Positions 24,201 to 37,573 of a stretch of DNA of 64,000 nt are shown piece after piece (within the stretch, counting starts at the first letter, position 1; the number at the start of each line of letters is the position of its first letter). The notes beneath the pieces are model-generated. The model made no database searches and had not been told where the DNA came from. It worked only from the letters and a program-made list of their open reading frames with translations. Made by a program: the position numbers and the translations under genes. Source of the DNA: Catajapyx aquilonaris (lineage: Eukaryota). The DNA lies in contig KZ538065.1 in the NCBI GenBank assembly GCA_000934665.2, forward strand, positions 62,001-126,000, in the 5' to 3' direction.

Positions 24201-27200
24201 AAATATGTCGCTGAATATTAATTAAAATTTGGCATTCATAACATCAGATAAGGGCAGACAAGGTTTAAATATAGCTGATAAAACCGCCGTGTAATGTGTG
24301 CAATATTGTGCTCATTTAGGAGCACTTCATGGCAGTAAAACCTTCAGTGGCTCTAATTAATTACTAATTATTAGATTTGCCCAATTTCTGGCCGATATAT
24401 ATTTTTTTAAATGTCGATTTTGACTCACTTGCTGCGATCACGGTTGTTGGTCCCAGACTTTTGTTGGACAACAGATCTGTTCCAGAGAGCGATCCGGACT
24501 GTCCTCCGCGACTCCTTCCAGGGAACTGCGACCTTCCTCTCCAGACTTAAAGGGAAAGTGGTGGGGGTCTCCCCCCGCCCCTCACAAATGCATTACCTTC
24601 CTTTACCCCCTCCACCCACCCCGCCTTCCCCCCCACTCCCTTCGTCATCCCCTGCAAACACACCCCTCACGCATCTTTTTTTCCCATTCGCGAACACCAC
24701 GACGATTGGGATGTCCCAGCACAGGGGGAGGACTGCTGGACCTTCAAACGTCACGTGTTTTGATTCGGGAAATTTTTTCTTCAGTTTTGAAGAGTGAGTG
24801 ATTAATGGTACTGGGAAATTCCCTATGATCCTGATCTAATTGTTTTATTTGCACATTGAATGATGGTTCTTAAGAGGCTTTGAGCAGGATGAGCATTGTA
24901 CTCGTAGATGATGCGTACTTTTGGGGAGCACATTGTCGAATTGGATTGATGATTGTTGCGAGACCAATCGCTAATATGGAATGTCTCCCATTAGGTCACT
25001 TTTATACTGTACCAACTTTATAGAATAAGATTTGAGAGAGGAAAAAGTGGTTAATTAAGTTTACCTTGAATTTGCCTGTTTCAGCCTGTGGGAGTGTCAG
25101 ATCTGGCATGTGGAAGTTGCCAAAGTGAGTAGTGTTGATTGCTGGTAGTTACGTGCCTACCTCCCTTATACACTGGGAAAGAACCGGGTCTGATGTGATG
25201 TTGCGTAATTTTACCGCAGCTCACGGCACAGTTACCATACACTAATTATAAATTCGAATGTGAATGTTGTGAATTCAGCTCGTTTCTTTCCTTCCATCTG
25301 GCATACTCATCACTTATATATCAAGAGGCAAGAGCTAATAACTGCTTATATGCATCAGCATCTACTGTCCACCATAACTATTTAGCACAACTTTTAAATA
25401 AATGTACCGAAATTTCACATAGAATAATGCTATCCACAGAATTATGATACGGTGACTGACAATATTAAAGTAAAGGCAATAAGATGAATGACCCATTGTG
25501 TTATTATAAGCTAGTTTTAGAATTTTCCAAAATTTAGTAGGCTGCTCACGACTTTATTATAGCATGCCTCTACATTTCCAAGATTTCCGAATAAACTGAT
25601 TTAGGCCTACATGTAGCGATGTAGGTAAATTAGCTAGTGCTCTGCATGTGCGGTGGGTCTGAGAACGGGTTTATGCATATCGTAAAGTAAAGTCGAATAG
25701 TGCCAATGAAACACTTATGTGGCATGATCAAACCTGCCCTAATAGCCTTTTTTATGGCCACGTTATCCTGCACAATTATCTTCTATTGGGGTATATTGTT
25801 AAATGTATTGAGAATAAAATGCGCACAACATACTGTATTACAAAGTAAAGCCCTTCGCTGTTGTTGGTATCGATATGGCATGAAACTGTACCTCATTGTA
25901 GTAATTATACCACATGCATTATTTTTGTGAAGGTTTGGAGGACAAATCGAGGGAAGGTTACTTACAGCAAGTTTCAACAAAGACGTTTGAAAAATTAATG
26001 AGCTGTATGATATACGAGATTAACTGAGAAACCCCACTTATTAGTCTGCAATTTGAACAAATCGTTGAAACAAAAACACGATTTTGTCTTATCTACCCCT
26101 CATCTTCAATGAATGTGCTCACGTCACGTGCAAACGTACGAAAACTGCCAAGGCTCTTAGTAGTGGTGTCATTGTTTGTATCCGTCATTGAGAATTATTA
26201 TTCATCGGTGACTTCGCAAGAAGTAGATTAGTTATAGACGTAAGTCACGACTACTTTGCCTCTCTGGTGTTGTTCAGCAGTAAGTCTTACAGTTTTTTCC
26301 ACTACTGGATTCTCCCACTCTCCAATCCTTTCCCCGCCTGAGAGGTAATGAAGCACACTCTTTATGCATAACCTAAAGTCGGAGGTGTCAGAGGAAGTGG
26401 AGGTCGCTTCTACTTCCAAGTGTAAGAAGGTTGCACCTAAACAAAGATAGTGACCTGAACCAGGGTCATACACGCAAAGTGTGATGAGGCCGGTTGGCCT
26501 TCTTGAACCCATCGAGGTCAAGGCAAGCCCTTTCACTTTATCCTTGATTTGCACCCTTCCTATTTCGATTCCCCCTCCAATATTAATTTGCTAGCGTCAC
26601 AATTTGTCCTTTTATATATCCCTCTCCTCCTACTCACACACAAACGCTGCGGAATCTGGAAAAATCTCAGCAATTACGTGCCAGGCCTCCATAAAGAACA
26701 GTCTTGCGCAACATCAACAATGCTGTCAAGACCGTCAACTACTGCAATTATATGGTCACTTCGCTTTTTCTGCAACGCGTGACGCAACAAATTCACACCG
26801 AAGTATTTTTTCGTATCCTTATCAGAGAGTGTTTAGTAATTACTTGTCTAATGAGCACTCTTGCGACTAATTGCGCGCCTTGAAAAACAGCTAGCAATTG
26901 ACAAGTCCTGAAATACTGCTCCACTTTTCCAGATTTTTGCACATGCATGTCAATTGCTCCCGGCGTGTCGCAGAAAATTTCTGTACTGATCGGCCACACT
27001 TGCAAAATATCTGCGCCACAAGGCACTGGCTGCATTTCAAATCAGCCGCGCTTACTCACACGCCTTCCCATCCCTTACCTTCCACAATAATCGTATAATT
27101 GAGGCAAGCATAAGAAACTCTAAGTACAAGGACGATTATCAATCACGCAGTGGAAATCACGCCCGATCTCAAGTTTTTTCCATATAAAAGTTACGTCTCA

Positions 27201-28909
27201 TGAAAAAATTCCACTCTGACTCAGGGTTGTTTGCTTCTGGATACTTTCCAGCTTCGTGTAATATTCAGTAGTCGTGTTTACGTGCACATCATTCGGAATA
27301 ACTCATTATCTGAACGGAAGGCGGAATCTCTCAGCTTGAAATCACGCTCTGTACAGCAGGTAACAGAATTGTCGCGTCCAGTTGACCTCACTTGTGCCCT
27401 TGCCATGATATAACCTTGCCAATGCCCGGACAGGTTTCGAGGATATATTTCCCAGGGATACACTTCCATATCCGGGACAAAAGTGGCTGACCGCTAAGTG
27501 ACCACCAGGTGACCGCCAGTATATGTAACCAAACCTTATGGCGATGGAAAAACTACTCTGTAAAATAACGATCTTGGCGAGATTTTGCGACTTTTATGGC
27601 CAATATACAATCAGAGGAGGAAAAGAGAGATTCCTGCCATGACGAGAGAAATAATTGGTATGACCATACTTTTCCACTTAGACAGTGAAAGATATCGCGA
27701 ACTTTCTTACTCATCCGCAAGTGGGAGGATGAATGCAGAAATCTGCAGCTTACACATAATGGGTGGGAGAAATTCTCACTGCAAATCAAGTTGGAAGGTT
27801 AGCCACTTACACAATAAGTACCGGTCTTATGATAGGATTTTCCACCGATAAAATGAAGAAGAGAAAATAATTGAAAAACCTCTGAAGGTCATTTTAATTT
27901 TGCCGGAAGGATATGAGAAAAAAATTCAACTAATTTTGCGCTCAACTTAAACGTCTGCATTTTGCATCTAATTGAATAGGCTACGAGGAGAGAAGAATTT
28001 GTGAATTAAAACGCGACTATTTCTAATATAAAGTGAACGAATATTACATCTGCGTAAAGTGAAGTCGTCTTATTTTTTTCTACTACTTCGCGGGCATTAA
28101 CAGTTACTGGACAAGTATAGTCTCCGATTCGACTCTGTACTGTACACTACCTCATAAAAAGTGTGAGGTGTTCAAGCATCAAGTGGGCCTCCTGGAGAGA
28201 GACACACGACAGGCCGACACGCCCCTTCACTATTGTCTTGTCTTTTGCGTAACCAGCGACAATTTGTACTACCTCTCTGTTGGAGTTACTCATTTACTTT
28301 TCGGATCGGTCACGTGCGTCCAAATTTCGGAATCCGTTTTTCTGCTCAGCAGACTGCGAAATGCATGTAGTTTTATATGTACTATTATTTTGCGCCTCTT
28401 GCTTGTCAGCATATTATCCAGATGACTCTGGTTCGGACCATCGGAGTGTCAGATTTGTGGCCTTGGCCATGAACCGACCACGAACTCCGCATCATGTGCA
28501 GACAGCAAATTGCACGTAAATATACCTTGCAGGATTGAAATTCGCTGCCAAAATGTCCAGTTCCGTTTCGGAATGGTTTTTTGCTGCTAAAAATACACCG
28601 AATCCCAACCTTTATATTGGTCATGTACTATAATTAGGGCTTGGAAATTGTGGGGAGAGGTATAGACACACCAATGCCGTGACACACTGAACAAGAATGT
28701 AAATTAGGTGCTATGGAAAGTTTTGTAAGTTGCTATGGTGTGCTATAATTTACGGGCCGGACAGTTAGCAAATAGTTTTAAGAAATTCACATTTTGGTTC
28801 ATCCCATATTCTGAGTAAGAAACATGACCAATCTAGGACATTTTTCTTAACAACTTATCAAAGGACCTTATGCAGTGTTATGCAACAAAAAAGCCAGAAA
28901 GAGCCCTTA

Positions 28910-29023
28910 AAGAGCGGTATATGATGACTGAAACTGATATTCTTTCGGAAAATCCCCACATATCGTAGGATTTTCCGAGAGAATCCAAGTTTTATCATAT
29001 GCCTCTCTTGGTGAAACCGGCCC
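28910..29023. mobile_element. Hairpin MITE remnant with one PIF/Harbinger-like terminus
   Basis: Imperfect inverted repeat AAGAGCGGTATATGAT...TTCTTTCGGAAAATCC / GGATTTTCCGAGAGAA...ATCATATGCCTCTCTT, ending GGTGAAACCGGCCC then TAA; left terminus not found. Confidence 0.5.
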
Positions 29024-32000
29024 TAAGTACAGCGACGTATAACAGGTGGCAAGACCCTAGACACCTCAGCTTTCAGCAAAAACACACATTAGCCTATTAT
29101 CTTCACAGATTCGATTCGTTGCTGCTATAGGTATGCAATGGCAAAAAGCGGATGTTCATAGAGAACTTCTAGTACTATTATTATGAGTGTGATGCAATCA
29201 CCAATATTTGCACTTACAAGTTATGCCATTACTTCCTGCCCTCATAGTTTATTCAACAAATTTGCATAGGCGTAAGTCTGGTTTTCCCTGTGTTTTTGCT
29301 CTTTCTGCAAGTTATAGACTGCTGAAACCTGAGCTATTGGATAACTCAATTCATGCAATTCATAGTTACAACTTCCCCTCTGCGCGATAATTATAATGAA
29401 AATACCAAATGACGTAGCCCGCTGTAAAAACTGATCCTCCAGTAATTCATAGGCTACCCGAAACCTGTTGCCCTTGAGGGTCAAACTTATATTGCGAAGG
29501 TGGTGTCACCCAGATGTAACATGTTATGTATATAGTTGCGCTCTACCGGCAATATTCTGTACAACAACAAGGAAAGGGTGCTTGAGAGCGCTATTAATTT
29601 GTTAAAAATAAATTGATACTATGAAACACAGCAGTAATCGACACTAAAAGCATTATGTGTGTATAAATTTAGAGTAAGAAATAATTGGCCAACTTCTAAA
29701 AAAATCAGCACATTCTAATAGCCTATTATTTTACAACTTATAATATATTTACAGATGGTCAAAAATCCAGGGTGTGGTTTGCGACCAGCAATGCACTCCC
29801 TTAATATGTTCTCCTTTTACGCGCAAGCATGCACTTAACGACATATGAGGTGCAATAAAAAGGAGGGGGGAGGAGGAAACCGCTTTTAGATTAATTAGCA
29901 CTTGGACGAAAGTAAAAATTACAGCGCTTCAACTGTGAAAGGTGCAAGTTAGATGACACAGCACACCGAAAGTGTGTAAATAGGTTTACGTGGCCATGGA
30001 AAATCTAGGAGCTAATTACACGCCATCTTTGCACTCACGGATCTGTCACTTGCACTGGAAAGAACTGCAGTAAATGATGCACTCACAGCATGGTGTATTA
30101 TGCCAGTGGCCTCACCTTGTATCGGATTATTGCTCACCATCAGGGCAGGGCCACATCGTAATGCGAACATTACGTAATGTTCTCCAGGAATGGAACAGAC
30201 AGGTGAGAAGAGCGGAAGCTTGTAGAGCATGTGTCAAATGGGGCAGATTGCGTTTGATAAGATCTCAGGGGATTTACACACCTCTATAGAGCGGCACCAT
30301 GCAATTCGGAGCAGCGATAACCTCTGGTTACAGCACCAGGCAGGTGCGTTATCTTGACGGATCGCATTTTTAGTCACAAATGTGTACAAAGAGGACAGGT
30401 TTATGGCTTACTTAATTTTAACGAGCTTTGTTGGACTGTTTCTTAATCATTCTTCCGAGGAGACAAACTCGGTGTAGAAAAGTAACAAGTGTCCCTCGTA
30501 CACGGTAATAAAACCTGCATAAGTGATAATATTGTGCTAACACGAATTATTGCTTCTTTGAAAAAGTACGAGTACATTGGTAATTATCGTGATTTTGTTG
30601 AGTACTCGCTCAGCTAAAAGTGTTGCAACGTCTTAATCCAAGGCTAACCAATTATCTACGCGCATTGATGTTAAAAATTAGTCTCCACAGTGTGACTAAT
30701 CTTCCCGACAATGATATTGTTGAGGGTATAATTATTTTAAACCAGGGGTATAGTGTAGGTCTAATAATCCCTTACATTCATAATATATTCACTCACTTTT
30801 AATTTATATATGGATATCTGAAAAACATCCTCGGGTAACCTTGAAAATAATTGTGCAAAAAAGGAGATATAGGGTAAGATGCTCAAAATAACAGTTATTA
30901 AGATTTTATCATTATATTTGAAGTGCCGGGTATGGACACGGTCAACAAAGGTGCGGATTTATATGACCAATAAAAGTGCCCAGGGTTGTCACCTAACAAT
31001 GTTATCCTTATTGTCATTAGGCGATATTGCAGTCTAATTATATTAATGCTTCTTAGATGACCATATATAGCGAGTGGTGCCAAGGAAATGCTGCTACATG
31101 ACATTTTTCTATTGTAAAAAATTAGTGAAAGTGCCAAAAATTTACAACCAACATAATGCGGCTATTGTGACGAATATTTGCAACGCAGACAGAAAAAAAT
31201 CCCAGAGGGTAAAAGGTCAGACGGTCCAGTGTGAGCATTGTCAATCACTCCCTTCAAGGCTCGGTTTAGATCTTTGGTTTAAAGCTTGGTCAAGAGTTTG
31301 CAATCTTTACTGTTCCTTTTCAAAAAAAAAAGCGGCAAGGTGGATTGAGCAAAGTGCCCTCAACAAAAACCGAAAAGGAGAACGAGGACTCTCTTTATCA
31401 GTGCCCGAATTTGTCGTCTTCCTTGCCCAATCCCCCGCAATGATCGGGGGTCCTTCAGGTTTTTCTTCCCTCAGGAGCACTCGTCATTAACCTTTACATT
31501 AGTCCACCACTGTAATGATAGAGATCCGACGACCGCCATTGTTGCCTTATAATGTTACTCGCGTGATGAGAAGATGTAGAATCGAACCATCGAAGGACGT
31601 CCATATGGATGGAGATTTGACCAATGCTCAGTCGGTTGTAAATCTACGTTTAATTACTCTACGTGCACGAAATAATCCCTTATTTCTGTCTAGTAAGTTA
31701 CAGGTGAGTTTAATCCCACGCGTGCAATAATTATGTTGTGCGCTGTAAAACTCGACCTTGTCAACACTTTTTATATTCGACACGGCGAGTGTGATGGGAA
31801 GAAAAAATATATAATATCGTGTGTGTTTCGCAGTTTGCCTTGGAGATTATTCAATATTGTAACATTAATTCCGTAGCCTGGAAGGATATGCAGGGTTTTA
31901 CCATAAAACGTAACTGGAGTTGGATGTTGTTCAAGGATGAAGAAAGTGTGAAACAGTAGCATCTTATGTCGTGCTAGATGATTTAAGATGTCTTCGCTTC

Positions 32001-32332
32001 CATATGAATGAAGAAAAAGAAAAGACCAGAACCGGAACCGCGACAGCAATAATTCACCATTGTTTTTCTATATTTATTCAAAATGTCTGTATAGTACAAT
32101 GCATGAATGTTTACCGAAGAAAATTAACATACTTGACTTTTACGTCTTCCACAAGGCATGGCCAATGAACGTGATGAAAATCTGCATGACTCTGTTATGC
32201 TGACAACAAAACCGAACAATTACGCGATACAGTCTAAGTGGGGGATTTTTACCTCTTCGTTGAACAGTGACGTCACTTTTTGAGTGAATTAGAAAGCAAG
32301 TCCCTACTTAAGCCTGTGCCAAATCATGGTGA

Positions 32333-35300
32333 CTATTTCCTCTTTCGGTGTGTCACTGTCCCATTCATACTCTTGCCGTTCATCGCTTCCTTGAGCGCCT
32401 CCTGAAATAAAGAATTGAATTTATTAATATTTAATTCACCCATAAGAATATTCCTGATTTACTGCTTTTCGCTGACAAGAATGTAATATCAGTTATGGCA
32501 TTGTATTTCATAATCCGGTAATTTCAGTTGGCCCTGGGGGAATCAATCACGCGGACGTCAACGCCGTTGTTACTTTATTTACAAGGGGAGTTCATGTGAC
32601 GTCACGTTTTATATAAATATGGATTGGCGTTATGCAAACGCCACTTTCAGTCGATTGAGAGGGTATTAACTGCTGGAGCCCTCAGGCCAAGCCCTTTGAA
32701 ATGTACTGTGCAATGGATAATGAATGGCGGCAATGCGAGAAGGATAAAAGAAGTTCCGTGAGATTAAGAGTCACAAATAGATGCAATGTTGTCAGTAAAA
32801 TAACCGTTTTCGAGGCTACAGTGCATTATCAAACAGGATACTCTGCATTGTAGGAGCATCAATCGCGCATTTAAATGCAGTATAAAGAGATATTACATTG
32901 TTCACTCAGTCATTCATGGTAATAAAACGACGCAAAAGGGTGAAATACGTAAAATACGATCGGTATAAGTGTGGTTGCGCGATCGACAGTAAATCCAGAC
33001 CGACGTAAGTTATGTATTTAGTTATCAATTACTTCTAATATTTTTACGAGCAAGGAATAACAACTTAGATCGACAACTCGATCTGTATCACCACCACCAC
33101 CACCACCACCACCATCATCATCATCACTGTGGGAAACGGTTTCACTATAATAATAGACTAGTATCATCACTCAACGTCCATCGCTCAATGGCTTTTTTTA
33201 CGCGACAATACTCCATACAATATTCTGGTGTCATTCTGGGTGCCTTTACTATTCCTGCGGTCTTCGTAACGTGAGGAAGGTAAATTCCAACGTGTGAAAC
33301 ACGTGCAAAGAAATGGCAGCATCACGCGGAAACATTTTGAAGTTTTGCTAAAAGTGATTTTTTAAAGGATCGAGAAGCCACTAATGATTCAACGGTTACG
33401 TGGGAGAAAGTTATTCCACATTTTCTTGGAAGCGGCAAAACATATGGGAAGGATCGTACGTACGTTTCCGTGTGAACAGGAGCCGTGGGTGTAATGCATT
33501 ATGTAAAGATTTTACGGTCCGTTTCCTTCCAAGCCCCGCTGGCAAAAATGGCAACAAAATTCATGGGCGAATACCTTGGCAAATTCACGTTTCATATTAT
33601 TGTATTGTGATCAATCTCATTCCCTGGCTGTTGTCGATAGCACTGTGTACGTTCCAAGTAAAATTATTTTCTAACTTTGCAACGGCAATAGAGTGCGTGA
33701 TCCCATTGAAAAGTCTGCATGGTAAGCAATTTTTGGCTAATGACAAATTTTTGACCGTTACTTAGAAGAGATGGTACGAGTATTAGGTTGAATAAAAGAC
33801 CTCCTTCAAATATTAGGTTTGGAATATGTTTGATGTAATATATTTCATTAAAAGTTAAAACACCACCCAAACAAAAAAAAAACATTATTTTATGGTCATT
33901 TCTGTACGGTGTGTACGTTTAACAATTTTCAGCTAATCTCCGTGACATACCTTCTCGGCGTGGGCTTTCCTCTGAGGTTGCAGGTACGACTGGATGTAGA
34001 AGTTGGCGAAGAGCGAGAAGAAGAGGATGGACTTGAACATGAACCAGTTCACTAGAAACATGGGGTAGTCGCACTTTCGGAAATAGAGTTGGAAGTTGTG
34101 CAGAAAAACCAGAATGAACTGGACCTGCGAAGAAATAGTGACATCACGCGTCGGTTAGATTTCCTCGCCAGTTTTATTACACCGCAACATTATTGCTGGA
34201 CGTCCCTGGCAGTAAGGAAACCGCGGATTGGGCCTGTCTTGCCAATAAGGAAATTTTTTACTGCGGAATTTCCAAAGTTTGGCTGAGTCATTAGACAGAT
34301 GACTTGTGACATTACTGATTTCGGTAATTAATTGCACAAGGTTATACATAAAACCCTTGGAAGTTTTCATCTCAATAAGAAGGGGTAGGTGAAGGTGTAT
34401 GTTTACTCCAGCAACCAGCAATCAAGGGCATATTCACTCACAGGGATTGTTGCTTATTGTATGGTTGCTGGGCGAACAACCCATTTCCATTACTTCCTTC
34501 TTGAGCTGACAACTTAGGAGTGAACCATTTTGGGGGGTGTAAAACAAATACGTGCACCAATTACGGATTTTCATATCATTGGGTATTAATTGCACATTTC
34601 CGTATGTAGCTGAACTGCAGCAACATAAATATTGGCGGAAAAATTTGAAGATTATACCAGTGAGAGTTAAGCTATAAGCAGTTTTTACTCGTCTTACAAC
34701 CAGTTTTTCCAAGTGTACGTGGCCGTTTTTGATCTCATATCCCTCATATTTGCGATATATGGCTGGCAATATTAAATACGATATATATCGTATTTAATAT
34801 TGCCAGCCCTATAATTTATTTGATAAATATTATACGCAAAAAAATCAGGTCACTAATTTTCACGCTGTGGCAAGCAATACTTTCATTAAAGTTTGGGCAG
34901 ATGCCACACTTTTCGTCATTTTTTTGCAAATCACAATAATTTATGGCAACCAATATGACATCATTCCAGACAAAAATCAAAATAGACAAATATGAATCAT
35001 AATTGAAAAAACACTGGCAGTTTTATAGCGGTTTTGCGTAAAAAATTATAGGGATTAAAACCCGCCTCGTAAAAAAATATCTAGCCTGATCGACCCTTTT
35101 CCCGTTTTCTCCCAGTTTCCTCGAAAGCAGGGCACCGGCATGATATTGTCTCCGAGAGTACATGAACCGTCGGCACATGACCAGAACGGCGGAGGTAATG
35201 GTTGACCACCCACCATTTGTAAGTTAGTGAGGTACCGCTTCCACCAGAGGAACTTCCTGTACTGCGGCCCCAGACTCGAGAGGAAGTAGTACATGTACAT

Positions 35301-37573
35301 CAGTACGTGGACGAACGAGTTGATCATCACTATGAAATGGGTCTGACCCCCTGAAAAGAAGGCGTAGGGAAGGAGGAGTCATCATCCTTCTTTGTGGTCA
35401 CACAATGACCCCTTAAGCTCTTATTCTTCTTACCAGGGGCGAATCTGGCTCCAAGCCACGAACTAAAAGGCATGCTGGCGTGGTGGACTATGTGCAGGAC
35501 GGACAGGTGGTTGTCCTTCTTCGCCAGCAAGAAGAAGAACTGAAAAGGATGGGAAAATCATTAAATTGCAAATGAAGCATGGCGCGAAATATATGTCATT
35601 GTGTCACATGCATCGATGTATCTTATGGTCTCCATATCCTGTTTATTACTGTGTTTCAAACAATGAGATGCACGGTTGTATGTTTCCATTGTAACATCAA
35701 CATTTGAAATAGAAAAGGCAAGGTCGCGCGGAGGGACGCATACCTGCCAGGATAAGTTACACCTCATCTTTGATTGGAATATGATACCAAAACAATATTA
35801 CGTTTGCTTCGTACTGTACGTATACTAACAGGACGTGGCACAAAGACACAGGGGGTGGATTCATCAAATGTCGTAAGTCAGATTTTCGTCGTAACCGGTC
35901 GTAACCAATAGTTAGTTAATTATAATTAACTAACTATTGGTTACGACCGGTTACGACGAGCTTTACGCGCGGGTACGACATTTGATGACTCCACCCCCTG
36001 TGTCTTTGTGCCACGTCCTGTTAGTATACGTACAGTACGAAGCAAACGTAATATTGTTTTGTTACCAATGAGCGTGGCTGGCACTAATGCCTAAGGTTAC
36101 GTGCACATTATTGTTTTATGAATGATTCACAGAGACTGCAACGCAACAGCGATAACATACTGGCAGACCTCAACTTACCGAATCAACAAAGTCTACCAGC
36201 TTCGAAATGTAAAACCACCACACAGTTTCTGCATCCTGAAAAAAATTTGAACAATATGCATTGCAAACTCAACGATTCATAAGCATGTAGAACATTAACT
36301 CCCAGAAGATAAATTCTGGTTGTAATTTTCACTCTCTATATGCTTACCCTGACAGCTGTAATGCTATTTGACTTGTCCACTGGCTGACAGCGTATAGAAT
36401 ACAATCCCGAGATGAAGTTGGTAGCCTGAAATGATATGCAAGTGAAATTTCAATAATTTATACAAACGTATCTGACTTACAACTACTTGAATATAACATA
36501 GGCTTTATTGGCCAGACTAAATACGATGCGTCTATGGGCATGGATGGAAACAACATATTCGACATATTAGGAAAAAAATATCCTCGAATTAAATGGAAAT
36601 GACACACAACATCTATTACGACATACTGACGTTCATATTACACAAGAGTTGACGCATTGTGAAGGTATTATCTCTCCTATTGATTTCAAAAATACATGCA
36701 ATTGTACATTATTAGATGCCGCTGGTTGTCATGATGAATCATTTTTCTATCATGAACATGTAGGCTTAGTACGTCACTTGCATCACCTGCATGGCAGTCC
36801 TATTCTAAATTAGACGTCTTCTCAATAAACTGACGTCAATCAATTTATTTTTAGACAAAATCGCAAATACTATTTACACAATAGCGTGTATACTGAATCC
36901 CTCAGTTTTCATTTCAACATGCAAGCCGCACGTCACAACACCACTAAACAGCAAGATGCAACAATCCCCAATTACATTGCATCCGTGCAAGGCCGAGTGT
37001 TTACAAAAGGGCATTCCCCCCTCCTGCCCCCCTCTCTCTTAACATTACCCAAGAGCTGCAGACGTACTCGGTAAAAGATCCAGGCGTTAAATATGGTCTG
37101 GACGAAATTGTACGTGGTGATGGCCCTTGTCAGACGGATGGGGTCTCTCCCACGCATGAATTTGGGCCCAACACCCTTGATTAGGACCACGTAGGCGACT
37201 GAAAGGAGTAAGGTTGGGGCCAGGCTCTCCATCAGGGGCCATCTCACTGATCGAGGATCTGAAAAATAAATACACAATAAAATATTAACATGCAATCAAC
37301 AATGAACAGTTGAAAATCCGAGTTGCAACCACTTCAAAAGGAAGCAAGTGGTTGCTGGAGTGAACAACCCGAACCTTCTCCCTCCTCGGTCTTCCAGTGT
37401 GTAATTATTTCATAAGAGATGATTGCACTCATGCCATTGTATACATAAGAGATTATGCACTTGCCTCCGTTTTTACTCATGAAGTCGCTGTAGCCTTCGA
37501 ACAGGGTGCTGATGGTGGATATTGCCATGGAGTCTTTCGCCATCTTTGGGGCAGCCATACTTGACGGATCCAT
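32333..37573 (-). CDS. ELOVL: Fatty acid elongase (ELOVL1/7-like), paralog 3; 8 coding exons, up to 306 aa
   Basis: Exons 37465-37573 (GC donor; several in-frame ATGs so the start is uncertain), 37068-37258, 36348-36425, 36179-36235, 35434-35539, 35214-35350, 33951-34124, 32333-32401 = 921 nt, open frame. Motifs: DPRSVRWPLM, CQPVD, KLVDFVDS, LHIVHHASMP, NSFVHVLMYMYY, TNLQMVQF, FANFY; ends HRKRK*. Confidence 0.92.
33088..33127. repeat. Compound (CAC)n(CAT)n microsatellite in intron 7 of paralog 3
   Basis: Direct reading. Confidence 0.9.
34761..34808. repeat. 48-bp perfect palindrome in intron 6 of paralog 3
   Basis: GGCTGGCAATATTAAATACGATAT|ATATCGTATTTAATATTGCCAGCC; extends to 34756-34813 with one mismatch. 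Confidence 0.95.
35788..36061. repeat. 274-bp near-perfect palindrome in intron 4 of paralog 3
   Basis: Perfect loopless 74-bp core 35886-35959 (centre 35922/35923), a 10 vs 14 nt internal bubble, then 88-bp arms 35788-35875 / 35974-36061 with one mismatch. Confidence 0.95.
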
